From Promethearchaeota archaeon (GTDB lineage: Archaea > Asgardarchaeota > Lokiarchaeia > Sigyniarchaeales > SOKP01): a DNA stretch of 64,000 nucleotides. The stretch spans positions 192,001-256,000 of the forward strand of contig JBHLNF010000004.1 in NCBI GenBank assembly GCA_048937405.1, written 5' to 3'. This document shows, piece by piece, positions 39,644 to 50,098 of the stretch. Below the pieces are notes generated by a model. That model searched no databases, was not told the origin of the DNA, and saw nothing but the letters and a program-made list of their open reading frames with translations. Each line of letters opens with the position of its first letter. The first letter of the stretch is position 1. Made by a program: the position numbers and the translations under genes.

Positions 39644-41791
39644 TTATTTTAATTCCAGTTTATTCTGGCAATAAGGACAATGAAGAGGTAATTCTTCATT
39701 ACAAGTCTCTAATTCTTCACTACTTATAATATTTTTCCAGCATATTAATTTATCTCCTTTTTGAACCATATCTCTACCATGATGTTGTGGAATAATATCT
39801 TTTGTTTGACAATTCTCACATATAATAAGTTTGGCTTTACTCTCTAACTTTTCAGTAGAAATTTCTTTATATAAAAACTTATATCGGAAAATAGTTAAAC
39901 TATTCAGTAGAACTAACAATGAAATTCCCATATCTCCCACACCTACTGCAATCCAGAGAGTCATAAAGCCAATGACAGTTAAAAAAGCGAATGAAACTTT
40001 TACGATTATGGAAGTCCATATATTTTGTTTTATTTTTTTGTTTGTCTTTTTCGATATGTCAACATAAGTAAGAATCTTTTTTAGATCTTCTCCAATCACA
40101 ATGATGTCTGCTGTTTCTAATGTGATGTCGGTGGCAGAAGCACCTATTGCGATTCCTAAATCTGCTAATGCTAAAGCGGGAGCGTCATTTATTCCATCAC
40201 CAACCATTGCCACTCCTTTATATTGATTTTGTAATTTTTGTATTTCTTGAAGTTTTTGGTCAGGTAAGTGTTCACCGTAAGCTCTATCAATATCCAGACA
40301 CGCTCCAATTGAATTGCATACTCTTTGATTATCCCCAGAAATTAATATAGTCTCATAACCACGTTCTTTTAAACCATTTATTAGAATTGGAGCAGAAACC
40401 CTTAAAACATCTCGAATTGAAATGATGCCTAATAACTGTTTTTGATTTCCTAATAGAATTGGAATTGTTCCTAATGATTCAATGCTTTCAATGTCATTGA
40501 TTGGAAGCTCATAATTTAATTCCATTATAAATTTTGGACTCCCTACATAGAATATCTCTCCACCAATCTTACCTTTTATTCCTTTTCCTTTTATCACCTC
40601 AAAATCATCAATAGGTTGAAAATCTAACTTCATTTCTTTCGCTTGATTCACAATCGCTTTTCCAATTGGATGCTCTGAAAGAGACTCTAAACTTGCGGCA
40701 ATACTAATTATGCTTTGTTTGGTAACACTATTGTAAGAAAAAATTTCAAAGATTTTCAATCTTCCTTCAGTGAGAGTACCAGTTTTATCAAAAGCAAATG
40801 CTTCAATATCCTGCAATTTTTCAATGAATTTATTTCCTTTAACTAATATTCCTTCTCTTGCTTGTTTCGTTAGTGATGCAATATTCGCTAAAGGAGTAGA
40901 TAATGTTAAAGCACATGGACAAGAAACTACTAATAAAATTAAACCACGATAAAACCAATCAATAAAATTCAACCCAAATAGAGGTGGAATAACCATTACT
41001 AAAATCGAAGAACATAAGATAATAGGGGTGTAATACTTAGCAAATTTTTCAATAAATTTTTCATGATTACTCTTATTTTGTTGAGCAATTTTCACACTTT
41101 CAGCAATTTGAGCAACAATAGTGTTATTACTTTCTCTTTTAACTTCAATATCGATAAAACTATCAGAATTAAAACTAGCAGCAAATACCTCATCACCTTG
41201 GTTTTTAAAAACCGGAACCGATTCACCGGTGATCGCACTTTCATCTAAATATGAATTTCCCTTTACAATTATGCCATCTAAAGGTACTTTCATTCCAGGT
41301 TTTATTCCAATAATATCCCCGATTTTAACTTCCCTCGATGCCACATTTTTATAACCATATTCAGTCTTTAAAAGAGCATCATCAGGAGCAAGTTCAAGTA
41401 ATTCTTTAATAGCATTTCTAGACTTATCTGTTGTTATTTCTTCTAATCTTTCTGCTATAGCATATAATAATAATGCAGTTGCTCCCTCTTGTCCATGAAA
41501 AATGAAAAAAGAAGCAATACCTGCTATCAACATTAAAAGATTTGCTGTAATTTTTTTAGCTCTTATATCTTCTATAGCTTCTTTTACAATTCCAGGACTC
41601 GAAAGAAGAATTGAAGTCACAGCTAAAATCTGAGCAATTAATACATTTTCAATACCAAAATCAAAAAATATTGATATTCCGAGTAGAATCCCAGCCGGAA
41701 TAATAAAATACCAAAATTTTTTTTCAAAAAAAGAATCTTCCTCAATCTCTTCGACTTCACATATAGATGATGAACATGCGATTGTAGTAAT
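39644..41791 (-). CDS. Heavy-metal P1B-type ATPase with C-terminal Cys/His domain; apparent ATT start at 41791 (track start 41620)
   Basis: TGES, SCPC, DKTGT, SEHP, GDGINDAP; frame open 57 codons further upstream to ATT, 6 nt after an AGGTGA SD. Confidence 0.9.
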   Translation of the reverse strand: MTTIACSSSICEVEEIEEDSFFEKKFWYFIIPAGILLGISIFFDFGIENVLIAQILAVTSILLSSPGIVKEAIEDIRAKKITANLLMLIAGIASFFIFHGQEGATALLLYAIAERLEEITTDKSRNAIKELLELAPDDALLKTEYGYKNVASREVKIGDIIGIKPGMKVPLDGIIVKGNSYLDESAITGESVPVFKNQGDEVFAASFNSDSFIDIEVKRESNNTIVAQIAESVKIAQQNKSNHEKFIEKFAKYYTPIILCSSILVMVIPPLFGLNFIDWFYRGLILLVVSCPCALTLSTPLANIASLTKQAREGILVKGNKFIEKLQDIEAFAFDKTGTLTEGRLKIFEIFSYNSVTKQSIISIAASLESLSEHPIGKAIVNQAKEMKLDFQPIDDFEVIKGKGIKGKIGGEIFYVGSPKFIMELNYELPINDIESIESLGTIPILLGNQKQLLGIISIRDVLRVSAPILINGLKERGYETILISGDNQRVCNSIGACLDIDRAYGEHLPDQKLQEIQKLQNQYKGVAMVGDGINDAPALALADLGIAIGASATDITLETADIIVIGEDLKKILTYVDISKKTNKKIKQNIWTSIIVKVSFAFLTVIGFMTLWIAVGVGDMGISLLVLLNSLTIFRYKFLYKEISTEKLESKAKLIICENCQTKDIIPQHHGRDMVQKGDKLICWKNIISSEELETCNEELPLHCPYCQNKLELK

Positions 41792-42088
41792 ACTTTGTCA
41801 CCTATGTTATTATTGGAGATATATAATTAGTACTTACCATTTATAGAGTATAAAAGAATGAATCTATCTATAAACTCTAAAAATGTTTTTTTTTTAATAT
41901 TTTTATTTTAAATAAATGATCTTCTCTAGACAGATAATAATGATTTAAGCTTCTATAAATTATGAACTTAAAACTCTACTTTCATTTATTGAGTATTGTT
42001 TCTTTTTTATTAATTATAAATATATAATTTTCGAAAATAAGAGTCAAATTACTATATTTCATATAAAAAATAAAAAAAAAATAATAAT

Positions 42089-42895
42089 TTAAAGTGAAGT
42101 TTTTTTCTGAAAGATTTTAATACCTAAAATAATAAATATGGCAGTAAATGCTAATATCATCAAGAGTCCACCCCATATAGGAATGAAAGTAGCTTCAGAG
42201 AGGGGAGTAATTAAAGTACCACTATACATCAAATCAGAAAATGAATCTCCTACTACTGTTAATTGGAGATAAACTTGTTTGACATAATACTGTGGGGTAA
42301 AAAATACTCCTACATTATCCAAGGGGAAAAATGATCCTGATACAAACATTAAGCACATATGACTTAACATAGCAATTCCATTCGCACCTTCAGGAGAATT
42401 AAGAAAACTCGCAATTATAAGACCTAATCCAATTGATGCAACACCATAAATCAATGCAATCAAGTATCCTATTGGTATCATTGCGAGTTCGAAATGAGCT
42501 CCTAAAATACCATATCCAAATAGGAATATTAAAATCAATTGGAGATTCATAAACACAGCCTCGGATAATACAGCTCCTAAAAATACATTTCCACGACTTA
42601 CTGGCATTGTATCTATCCGCTCTAATGTTCCATCCTTTTTACTCATTGAGAACATTACTGCACTTGTAACAGAGGATATACCAATTGTATATACAACTAT
42701 TCCTGGAAACTCCACATCGAAAGTTGTTAATCCATTTATCATATAACTCCCATCATCACCACTAAAAGCTAATTTGTAGACGATTAGCATCATTATTGGA
42801 AATGCAATAGTCCAAAACATCGAGCCATAATTCTTAAGTTTTTCCTTTATATTCTTCTTAGCGATATACCATGCTTTTAAATCAATTGTATTCAT
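42089..42895 (-). CDS. ABC-2 type transporter permease
   Basis: Six TM segments, GTLERI..MPVS, SGSFFP; overlaps ATPase stop codon. Confidence 0.88.
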   Translation of the reverse strand: MNTIDLKAWYIAKKNIKEKLKNYGSMFWTIAFPIMMLIVYKLAFSGDDGSYMINGLTTFDVEFPGIVVYTIGISSVTSAVMFSMSKKDGTLERIDTMPVSRGNVFLGAVLSEAVFMNLQLILIFLFGYGILGAHFELAMIPIGYLIALIYGVASIGLGLIIASFLNSPEGANGIAMLSHMCLMFVSGSFFPLDNVGVFFTPQYYVKQVYLQLTVVGDSFSDLMYSGTLITPLSEATFIPIWGGLLMILAFTAIFIILGIKIFQKKTSL

Positions 42896-43905
42896 CAGTC
42901 ACGAAGCCCCCTTCCAGTTAATTTTAAAAATATATCTTCAAGAGAATCTTCTCTAAAGTTTATGGTTTTAAACGATTCTACCTTCACTAGAATTTCCTGC
43001 TTAAATGTCTTAACTCCTCCAGTAAATGAGATTATTAACTTATTATTTTCCATTTCTGTGATTTTTTTCACATTATTTATTTGCTCTAGTTTGTCTTTTG
43101 CTTGGATAAGCTCTTTTTTTGAAGAAAAACTAAATTCAAGAATATTCCCATTATGTGAACTCCTTTTTAGTTCTTCTACCGTTCCGAAAGCAATAATCTT
43201 GCCATGATCCATAATCGCAACATGATCGCTTAAAACTTCAGCCTCTATCATATCATGGGTAGTGAGGATGATTGTCATTCCTGTCTTTTTAAGATCCTTG
43301 ATAAAATCCCAAACAAGACGTCTTGCTTGGGGATCTAATCCTGCACTTGGTTCATCAAGAAAAAGAATCTGTGGTTGATGAATTAGACTCATTACGATAT
43401 TTAACCGTCGTTTCATTCCCCCAGAAAAAGATTTTGTTGATTTCTTTCGTCCTGCGATATTCATTTTTTCCAATAAAGCTTTTGTACGTATTTTAATTTC
43501 AGCAGGATCCATTCCATGCATACGACCAACAAATTCCACATTATCCTCTGCTGTTAAAGCTTCAAATACAACATTTTCTTGAGGACATACCCCAATAAGT
43601 GGTTTAATTTTATTCTTTTCTCTTATTAGGCTATAATCTGTGATTTTTGCATCTCCAACAGAAGGTTTTAGTACCGTAGTGAGCATTCTAATTGTCGTAG
43701 ACTTTCCTGCTCCATTAGGACCTAAAAGTGAGAAAAGTTCACCCTTTTGAACTTTAAAACTAATACCATCAACTGCTTTAATACCATTAAATGATTTTTC
43801 TAGATCTTGAACTATGATAATATCTTCAGTTGAGAGTTTATTCTCATTGATTTGATCATAATCTGAAGATAATCTTATTGTTTCTTTTTTTGTTGATACA
43901 TTCAT
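42895..43905 (-). CDS. ABC transporter ATP-binding protein (DrrA-like)
   Basis: GPNGAGKST, FSGGMKRRL, FLDEPSAGLDP, TTH. Confidence 0.93.
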   Translation of the reverse strand: MNVSTKKETIRLSSDYDQINENKLSTEDIIIVQDLEKSFNGIKAVDGISFKVQKGELFSLLGPNGAGKSTTIRMLTTVLKPSVGDAKITDYSLIREKNKIKPLIGVCPQENVVFEALTAEDNVEFVGRMHGMDPAEIKIRTKALLEKMNIAGRKKSTKSFSGGMKRRLNIVMSLIHQPQILFLDEPSAGLDPQARRLVWDFIKDLKKTGMTIILTTHDMIEAEVLSDHVAIMDHGKIIAFGTVEELKRSSHNGNILEFSFSSKKELIQAKDKLEQINNVKKITEMENNKLIISFTGGVKTFKQEILVKVESFKTINFREDSLEDIFLKLTGRGLRD

Positions 43906-43941
43906 AATTTAAATTATAATTAATTTGAATAAGTTTCTTCC

Positions 43942-43977
43942 GTAGACCAATTTTTAATGTGTAGACCAATTTTTAAT
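43942..43977. promoter_or_regulatory. Perfect 17-bp direct repeat GTAGACCAATTTTTAAT x2 upstream of ABC exporter operon
   Basis: Copies at 43942-43958 and 43961-43977, 37-72 bp from the start codon. Confidence 0.55.
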
Positions 43978-44259
43978 ATAATTATAAGAAATTAAATTTT
44001 TAAAAACGGGAATATAATATATACTAATTCTAATTTACTAGAATTAAAATCTTCAATTAGAAGATGTTGTTTTTAAATGAAAATAATAGATTTCTGGGAA
44101 ATTAATATTTCTTTATTAAGGAATTTTAGAGTTTTTTCATATATATAACATTTTTTGTATAGACAAAGTCTGCTGTGTAATTATCTTCCCGAAAAATTAA
44201 TAATTGAGTACCCTTGAATACTTAAGATTTCTAACAAAAATCTAAAATAAAAAATAATT

Positions 44260-45153
44260 TCACTTTATAATGTAAACAAGTTTTTGCTCTTCTTGTTCTT
44301 CAAGGTTTAACTCTCGTCTAATTGCATTCCTGATTAAATATCCTCCAACATGCAATATAGAATCTTTGAGTATCAAATCTTGATCCATTGAAGCATTACA
44401 AGGATATGCATGATGTGCTTTGCTTATTCTTTCATTCAATGAAATATCACCACTTTTACCATTTTTGAAATATTTGGATTTTAATTGTTGGCAGATATAA
44501 TAAGTGCTACCACAAGGAGCACTTTGAATTACACAAGTATCTTCAATCGAAAATCCATCCTTGCTTAATAGGAATGAAACAATAGGTTCTCCAATTTTAA
44601 AGTAGTCTATAAATTCATGAATAAAATTATGTTCTTTTGTTAAATTAAATCCAACTTTATTATATTCATTTTGCTCTTTACTTAGTGCGCAAAAAGGTTT
44701 TGGAAACGCTGCTTGAATACCACATTTTTCAAATTCTTCTAAGATCATTGATTGCAATCCTGAAGGAACCCATTTAGGATCTTCAATCGGTACTATAACT
44801 GCTTTAATATCTTTATCCTTGAGATAATTAGGAAGATCTAAAAGTAAATCTTGATGGATACCTACAACCAATAAAAAATCAACCGCTGGTAAATTTTTTG
44901 GTAGATATTCCGTTGTATCCTCAACAAATTCAGGAATATTTTCGCCTAATTTCTCGAAAAAGTATAAAGAATTAGCAAAACTCTTTAGATGTTCCCTACA
45001 TTTATCACATTTTACATTCTGGTCTAAATCTTCACAAGCTTTGCAGAATTCTTCATTATTTATGAGATTACCTGCAAATTTTTGTGCAAGCATCTCTATA
45101 TCTGGACCAATCCCGTAAAATATCCCTAATTTATAATTGTTCTGTTTCAACAT
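44260..45153 (-). CDS. DUF166 family protein
   Basis: FPKPFCAL, VIQSAPCGST, HHAYPCNASM motifs. Confidence 0.75.
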   Translation of the reverse strand: MLKQNNYKLGIFYGIGPDIEMLAQKFAGNLINNEEFCKACEDLDQNVKCDKCREHLKSFANSLYFFEKLGENIPEFVEDTTEYLPKNLPAVDFLLVVGIHQDLLLDLPNYLKDKDIKAVIVPIEDPKWVPSGLQSMILEEFEKCGIQAAFPKPFCALSKEQNEYNKVGFNLTKEHNFIHEFIDYFKIGEPIVSFLLSKDGFSIEDTCVIQSAPCGSTYYICQQLKSKYFKNGKSGDISLNERISKAHHAYPCNASMDQDLILKDSILHVGGYLIRNAIRRELNLEEQEEQKLVYIIK

Positions 45154-45278
45154 AAGAATGGAACAAATAGAGGTTTTTATTTGTATTTTTAATAATTTAT
45201 AAAATATTTAATTATTTAGCTGAACATGTTCAATTCTGAAAAATTATAGGTTAAAATCAAGTATCAATTAATTTTTTT

Positions 45279-45734
45279 CTATTCCTCAAATAGAGCTATT
45301 GTACTTTTGCTTTCTTCTACCTTTACTGAAATTTTATTATTTCCATATATTTCTTTTAACTTTCCATGGATATATTTTGCTAGAAGCTCACTTGTTGTGG
45401 CTGGTAGTGGTAAAAAGAATACATCTTCTCGAGGGAAAACATATCTTTTGTTAGATCCAATAATTTCTATAGAATTTTTCTCCTCCCGTATTTCTAATTC
45501 ATCTGATTTTGTCGGTATTAAAACATAATGATCCATAGGTTTTATTACAGAGTTTAAATTTTCCTTTAAATCAATAAAATCTACTACAAAATTGCTTTCA
45601 TTAAGTTTACCACTTATCTCGACAGAAACATAATAATTATGGCCATGTAATCTTGTACATTGAAGTGGTTTTTTTAAAAAATGACAAGCACTAAATTTAG
45701 CTTCTGATGATTCTACATATACTTTAAATCCCAT
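45279..45734 (-). CDS. queD: 6-carboxytetrahydropterin synthase (QueD/PTPS)
   Basis: FSACH, CTRLHGHNY, VVDF, TTSELLA. Confidence 0.85.
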   Translation of the reverse strand: MGFKVYVESSEAKFSACHFLKKPLQCTRLHGHNYYVSVEISGKLNESNFVVDFIDLKENLNSVIKPMDHYVLIPTKSDELEIREEKNSIEIIGSNKRYVFPREDVFFLPLPATTSELLAKYIHGKLKEIYGNNKISVKVEESKSTIALFEE

Positions 45735-45929
45735 AAAAAAATGCCCCTATCATATTTTTTTGATTTCACTATTTTTGTATTTTACAAGCGCTTTGGTATT
45801 TTTATATTTTATGTTTGGAAACAATAAATATGAAAGAAGATTTCAAAAAAACAACTCATATTAAATCAATTATATAATATACAATAGTATATGAATCTTA
45901 GATTCAAATAGAGATGAGTTTTAGTTTTT

Positions 45930-47525
45930 ATGAAAAATAACAAAAATACTTTTATAATGGAAAACAAGAAACTAGCAATTACTGGTGCCAATGGATACTT
46001 AGGAAAACATACAATAAAGGTGGCAATTCAAAAAGGATGGGAAATTGTTGGAATTGTGAGACGAGATGATGCTGCCAAAGAAGTGGAAAACCTAGGTGCT
46101 AAACCAGTGATAATCAAAGATTTCGAAATAGAACCTTTAAAAAATGCGATAATAGGGTGTAAAGCAGTTTTACACTTTAGAGGAGTTGTGTGTGGTTCTG
46201 AAGAAACCTTTGAGAGAGTTAATATTCAAGGAATGCGTGTTTTAGTTCAAGCAGCTTTAGAAGCAAAAGTATCTAGAATAATCTTTCCCTCCGGTTTAGG
46301 AGTTGATATGTATGGATCTAAGGAATGGGCTAATAATTCTTATTTCCATTCTAAAAGTGTCGCTGAACAAATTCTCAAAAATGGAAACATACCTTATATT
46401 ATTTTTAGACCTTCCTATATTTTAGGACCTGAAGACGAATTAATACCAGAAATTATAGAAAATCTTGGAAGTGGTATTGTTCAAATTGTTGGAAATGGAC
46501 AAATACCAATGCAACCTATTTTTGTTAAAGATGCAGTCGAAGCATTTTTGGCTGCTGCTGATGGTAGAGGGGAAAAAAATCAAGTTTTCTATCTTGTTGG
46601 TTTACAAACTATAAATATGTTAGAATTAGTCGAATTGGTTTTCAAAAATATGGTTAAGTTAGGATTTAATATCCCTCAACCACGTATCAATAATATTAAA
46701 TTTGAAGATGCTCCAGATCAATTAGGAATTTGTAAAGAAATGATTGATGTAATGAGATGTGATATTATTTCAAATGGGAATATTACTGCAAACGCTTTAA
46801 ATTTTAAATTATCAGAAATTGAAAAAGCAATAAAAGCAGCTATTATTGCAAAAATGACTCCAGAAGTAAAAGAAAATAAAAAAAGGGGAATTTTATTATT
46901 ATCTGGAGGAATTGATTCTGTAGTTGCCCTTTATTGGGCACTTCATAACGGTTATGAAATAATTGCACTTTCATTCAATTATAATCTCCGACCAGAACAA
47001 GAGAAGAAAGCAGTTAAAAAGATAACTGATAATCTAAATATAAAATTAATCGAAGTACCATTACAATATGTTAAGGAAGCAATAGACTTACGAATAGAAG
47101 GATTTCCCATCCCTTCAGCAATTCAAGCACCTGAAGGGTATATTCCATCACGTAATCTTGTCTATTATTCTATTGCTTCATATTTTGCTGAAATCTATGG
47201 CTCTAATTTTATAATCGGTGGACACATATCAGTAGATCCAATTAAATTTCCTGATGCTGAGCCAAGCTTTTTTAGATCATTAGAAAAATTAGTCAATAAA
47301 GGAAAACATACCAAAGATAAAAGTGTTATAAAAATTTTATTACCTCTTTCAAAAATGACAAAAACGGATGTAATTAATTTAGGTAGGGATCTAAATGTTC
47401 CTTTTAATTGGACTTGGAGTTGTTATAGTGATGGAGATCAACCATGTGGTAAATGTTCTTCCTGTCGAGCGCGAGATGAGGCTTTTACTAATATGAACTA
47501 CTCTTTACCAAAATTTTCATTATAA
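45930..47525 (+). CDS. queC: Fusion of atypical SDR/NAD(P)-binding epimerase and 7-cyano-7-deazaguanine synthase QueC
   Basis: TGANGYLG, YFHSK, FRPSYILG (SDR); LLSGGIDS, YIPSRN, TWSCY..PCGKCSSC (QueC). Confidence 0.85.
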   Translation: MKNNKNTFIMENKKLAITGANGYLGKHTIKVAIQKGWEIVGIVRRDDAAKEVENLGAKPVIIKDFEIEPLKNAIIGCKAVLHFRGVVCGSEETFERVNIQGMRVLVQAALEAKVSRIIFPSGLGVDMYGSKEWANNSYFHSKSVAEQILKNGNIPYIIFRPSYILGPEDELIPEIIENLGSGIVQIVGNGQIPMQPIFVKDAVEAFLAAADGRGEKNQVFYLVGLQTINMLELVELVFKNMVKLGFNIPQPRINNIKFEDAPDQLGICKEMIDVMRCDIISNGNITANALNFKLSEIEKAIKAAIIAKMTPEVKENKKRGILLLSGGIDSVVALYWALHNGYEIIALSFNYNLRPEQEKKAVKKITDNLNIKLIEVPLQYVKEAIDLRIEGFPIPSAIQAPEGYIPSRNLVYYSIASYFAEIYGSNFIIGGHISVDPIKFPDAEPSFFRSLEKLVNKGKHTKDKSVIKILLPLSKMTKTDVINLGRDLNVPFNWTWSCYSDGDQPCGKCSSCRARDEAFTNMNYSLPKFSL

Positions 47526-47635
47526 AACTTATAGTACAATTATTAAGTTCTTTTTTTCAGTTTATGAAAGATATTAAAACCAAAATTAATATCTTATAAG
47601 TAAATGTCTAAAAAATTCAAAAATATTAAATCTAT

Positions 47636-48292
47636 ATGATTGGAACTGAAGATTTACCTACGGTTGGGGATTATCAAGATATCATTGTAATATGTCCAAC
47701 ATGCAAAACTAAAAAAGATTTAAAAATTCCTACCAAAATTATTAATCAAGCGAAACAATTAACGACTGTTTCTATCCCTTCAGGGGCTGTTTGTGAGCAT
47801 AGTTTTCAATCCTTTGTAGACAAGAACTTCAAAGTTAGAGGATATCAGACTGTAGATTTTGAATTCTCTCATATGGAATTTTATGAAAGCAGTGAAGCAG
47901 AAGCAGCAGAACCAGACGATCCTACAGTTAAACTCAGTTCACAACAATTATTCCAGGATATTATTAAACTACTAAGAAGTTATGTTGATGATAATGAAAT
48001 CTTAGGATCTGGATTATTTAATGTTAATGGTCATGTTTTATATTCGTCACTTCCAAGTAATACACTCTTTTCAGTAATTAAAGAGTTTGAAGTTAGAAGT
48101 GAGAAGAAATTAAGTAATTTGAAGAAGATGTATCTTGAACTCGAAAATGATCAAAAAATCTGTTCTAATTATATTGATATTAATGAAAATAGATTTGCAA
48201 TTGTCTTATTCTTTTCGCAATCTGTAAAACTTGGTATGGGAAATTTGTATCTCAATGATTTAGTCAAGAAGATTAGAACATTGGAAAATTAA
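47636..48292 (+). CDS. Loki-type zinc-binding domain fused to roadblock/profilin-like domain
   Basis: CPTC...CEHSFQSFVDKNFKVRGYQ; C-term ILGSGLFNVNGHVLYSSLP. Confidence 0.65.
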   Translation: MIGTEDLPTVGDYQDIIVICPTCKTKKDLKIPTKIINQAKQLTTVSIPSGAVCEHSFQSFVDKNFKVRGYQTVDFEFSHMEFYESSEAEAAEPDDPTVKLSSQQLFQDIIKLLRSYVDDNEILGSGLFNVNGHVLYSSLPSNTLFSVIKEFEVRSEKKLSNLKKMYLELENDQKICSNYIDINENRFAIVLFFSQSVKLGMGNLYLNDLVKKIRTLEN

Positions 48293-48419
48293 GGAAAAAT
48301 ATTAATCTCTTATTATTTTTTCCTACATGAGTGTTATTAAACATTACATAAATAGTTATAAATATTGCTAATATTATGTGCTTTATAAGAGTATAAAGTT
48401 AAAGATTTTTTACATTAAA

Positions 48420-49256
48420 ATGGATCTCCAAAAAATCAAAACTAAGATTATTCAAGATTTGAAAGAGCAAATTCCAGAAATAAATAATGACAATATCATA
48501 ATTTCTGAATTGCCTAGTAAACAAAATTCAGTAATTCATCTCTTATTTAATACTAAACCATCTAAATTACCAAAAGAAGTAGTAATTAAAATTTTCTTCA
48601 CAAAAAATATCGCTCATGAAATAAATATCTTGACCAGATTAAAAAATCAAAATTTACACGTACCAAGTATTTTATTTTATCAATCTCCCTATTTAATTCT
48701 TGAAAAAGTTAGTGGTTCCAATTTATGCGATCTTATCAATAAAAGTTTAAAAGGAACACAACAATTAGAAGATCTGACCGTCGAAGTAAGAAATCAACTT
48801 ATTCATAGTGTAGAAAAGCTTGCAGAATTTCTTGCTCAATTACATGCAAAGAATTTTGTGAGAAAAGTATATGTATCAAAAAAGAAGTTTGTACTATGCA
48901 AAGGGAATACAAGATTGAGAGATTTTATTTATGATTCCATCAATGATGTCATATATGCCCTCGATTTTGAAGATTCATATGAAGGAAATCATATGGATGA
49001 CTTAGCATGGATCTGCACTTCTTTACTCGACACTGATCCAGGACTCTTTGAAATGGAAGAACCAAAACATAAAGTTGACCTCATTAATAGCTTTTTAAGA
49101 AAATACTACAGAACAAATCCAACTTTTCCATTTGATTTTAATTATTTAGCTGAAAAAATAATAGAATATTTAAATATAGTAATAGAAAGAAGAAATCTCC
49201 CCTATGGTGTTGTTAGCAAAGAAAAGCTTATTAGGGGTATTTCGAAAGAAATATAA
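48420..49256 (+). CDS. Protein kinase-like / aminoglycoside phosphotransferase-family protein (track start 48378)
   Basis: VVIKIF, E, VPSIL, LILEKVSG, LAQLH, KGNTRLRDF, ALDFE, DDLA. Confidence 0.7.
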   Translation: MDLQKIKTKIIQDLKEQIPEINNDNIIISELPSKQNSVIHLLFNTKPSKLPKEVVIKIFFTKNIAHEINILTRLKNQNLHVPSILFYQSPYLILEKVSGSNLCDLINKSLKGTQQLEDLTVEVRNQLIHSVEKLAEFLAQLHAKNFVRKVYVSKKKFVLCKGNTRLRDFIYDSINDVIYALDFEDSYEGNHMDDLAWICTSLLDTDPGLFEMEEPKHKVDLINSFLRKYYRTNPTFPFDFNYLAEKIIEYLNIVIERRNLPYGVVSKEKLIRGISKEI

Positions 49257-49351
49257 GCTTTTTTTCTAACTTTCTAAAAATCAATATTTAATAATACTAA
49301 CACTATTATTTTATAAAAATTTGATAAAACTATTTTTAAAAGTGAATTTGT

Positions 49352-50098
49352 ATGAGCATTACGGATACAAAAAACTCGCTAAAAAAGATAATCTCAATTA
49401 TTGAAGAGTTAAATGGATTAAATTCAGATTCAATTCCCAAATTACAAACTCAACCAACCAATCTACTAGACGAAATTGGAAAATTTGAAGAAATTAAAGC
49501 AAATGATCTAAATACTATTGAATCTAATGATGATGAAATTAATAGTTTGAAAAATAAAATTTCTCAAAATCAAAGGGATATTACTTCTTTAGAAGAGAAT
49601 AATGCAGAACTTACAAGTCAACGCCAAGTACTTCTTGATAAAATTCAAGATGCTCAAAATGAATTAAATGAAACTCAAACAAGAATAACGAACCGAAAGG
49701 AAGAATTAGCAGCTCGAAACAGTCGATTGGATGAATTAGAAAATAGACTTGTAGAGTTAAAAGATCTTCAAGAAAAATTTGACAATAAAATGAAAGAATT
49801 TGAAACTCAACTTCAAAACGAATTTTCTAAAAAAGAAGCGTTTAGTAATTCATATGCGATGCGAGCGGCTGCAATGAAGTCTTTAATTAAGGCAGGTTAT
49901 ATTCAATCACCACAACTAAAGGTGATTAACTCATTAGTTCCTCAAACAACTTTAGAAATAAAGGGTTTGGTCTCAGCAAGTGGTTTAAGAGAAGATATAT
50001 TTAGAAATATACTTGTGAAAATGGTTCAAAAGAATGGACCGATTGAATACGATGAGGGAAGTGGAACAGTGACATTAAAAAGTGAGGTGGATTTCTAA
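49352..50098 (+). CDS. Coiled-coil protein with probable C-terminal winged helix
   Basis: Long heptad region then KVINSL...LVSASGL...ILVKMV..GPIEYDEGSGTVTL. Confidence 0.7.
   Translation: MSITDTKNSLKKIISIIEELNGLNSDSIPKLQTQPTNLLDEIGKFEEIKANDLNTIESNDDEINSLKNKISQNQRDITSLEENNAELTSQRQVLLDKIQDAQNELNETQTRITNRKEELAARNSRLDELENRLVELKDLQEKFDNKMKEFETQLQNEFSKKEAFSNSYAMRAAAMKSLIKAGYIQSPQLKVINSLVPQTTLEIKGLVSASGLREDIFRNILVKMVQKNGPIEYDEGSGTVTLKSEVDF

Noticed and set aside
43942-43977. CRISPR array
   Set aside because: Only two 17-bp copies with a 2-bp gap; no spacers or cas genes; no CRISPR array noticed anywhere in the window
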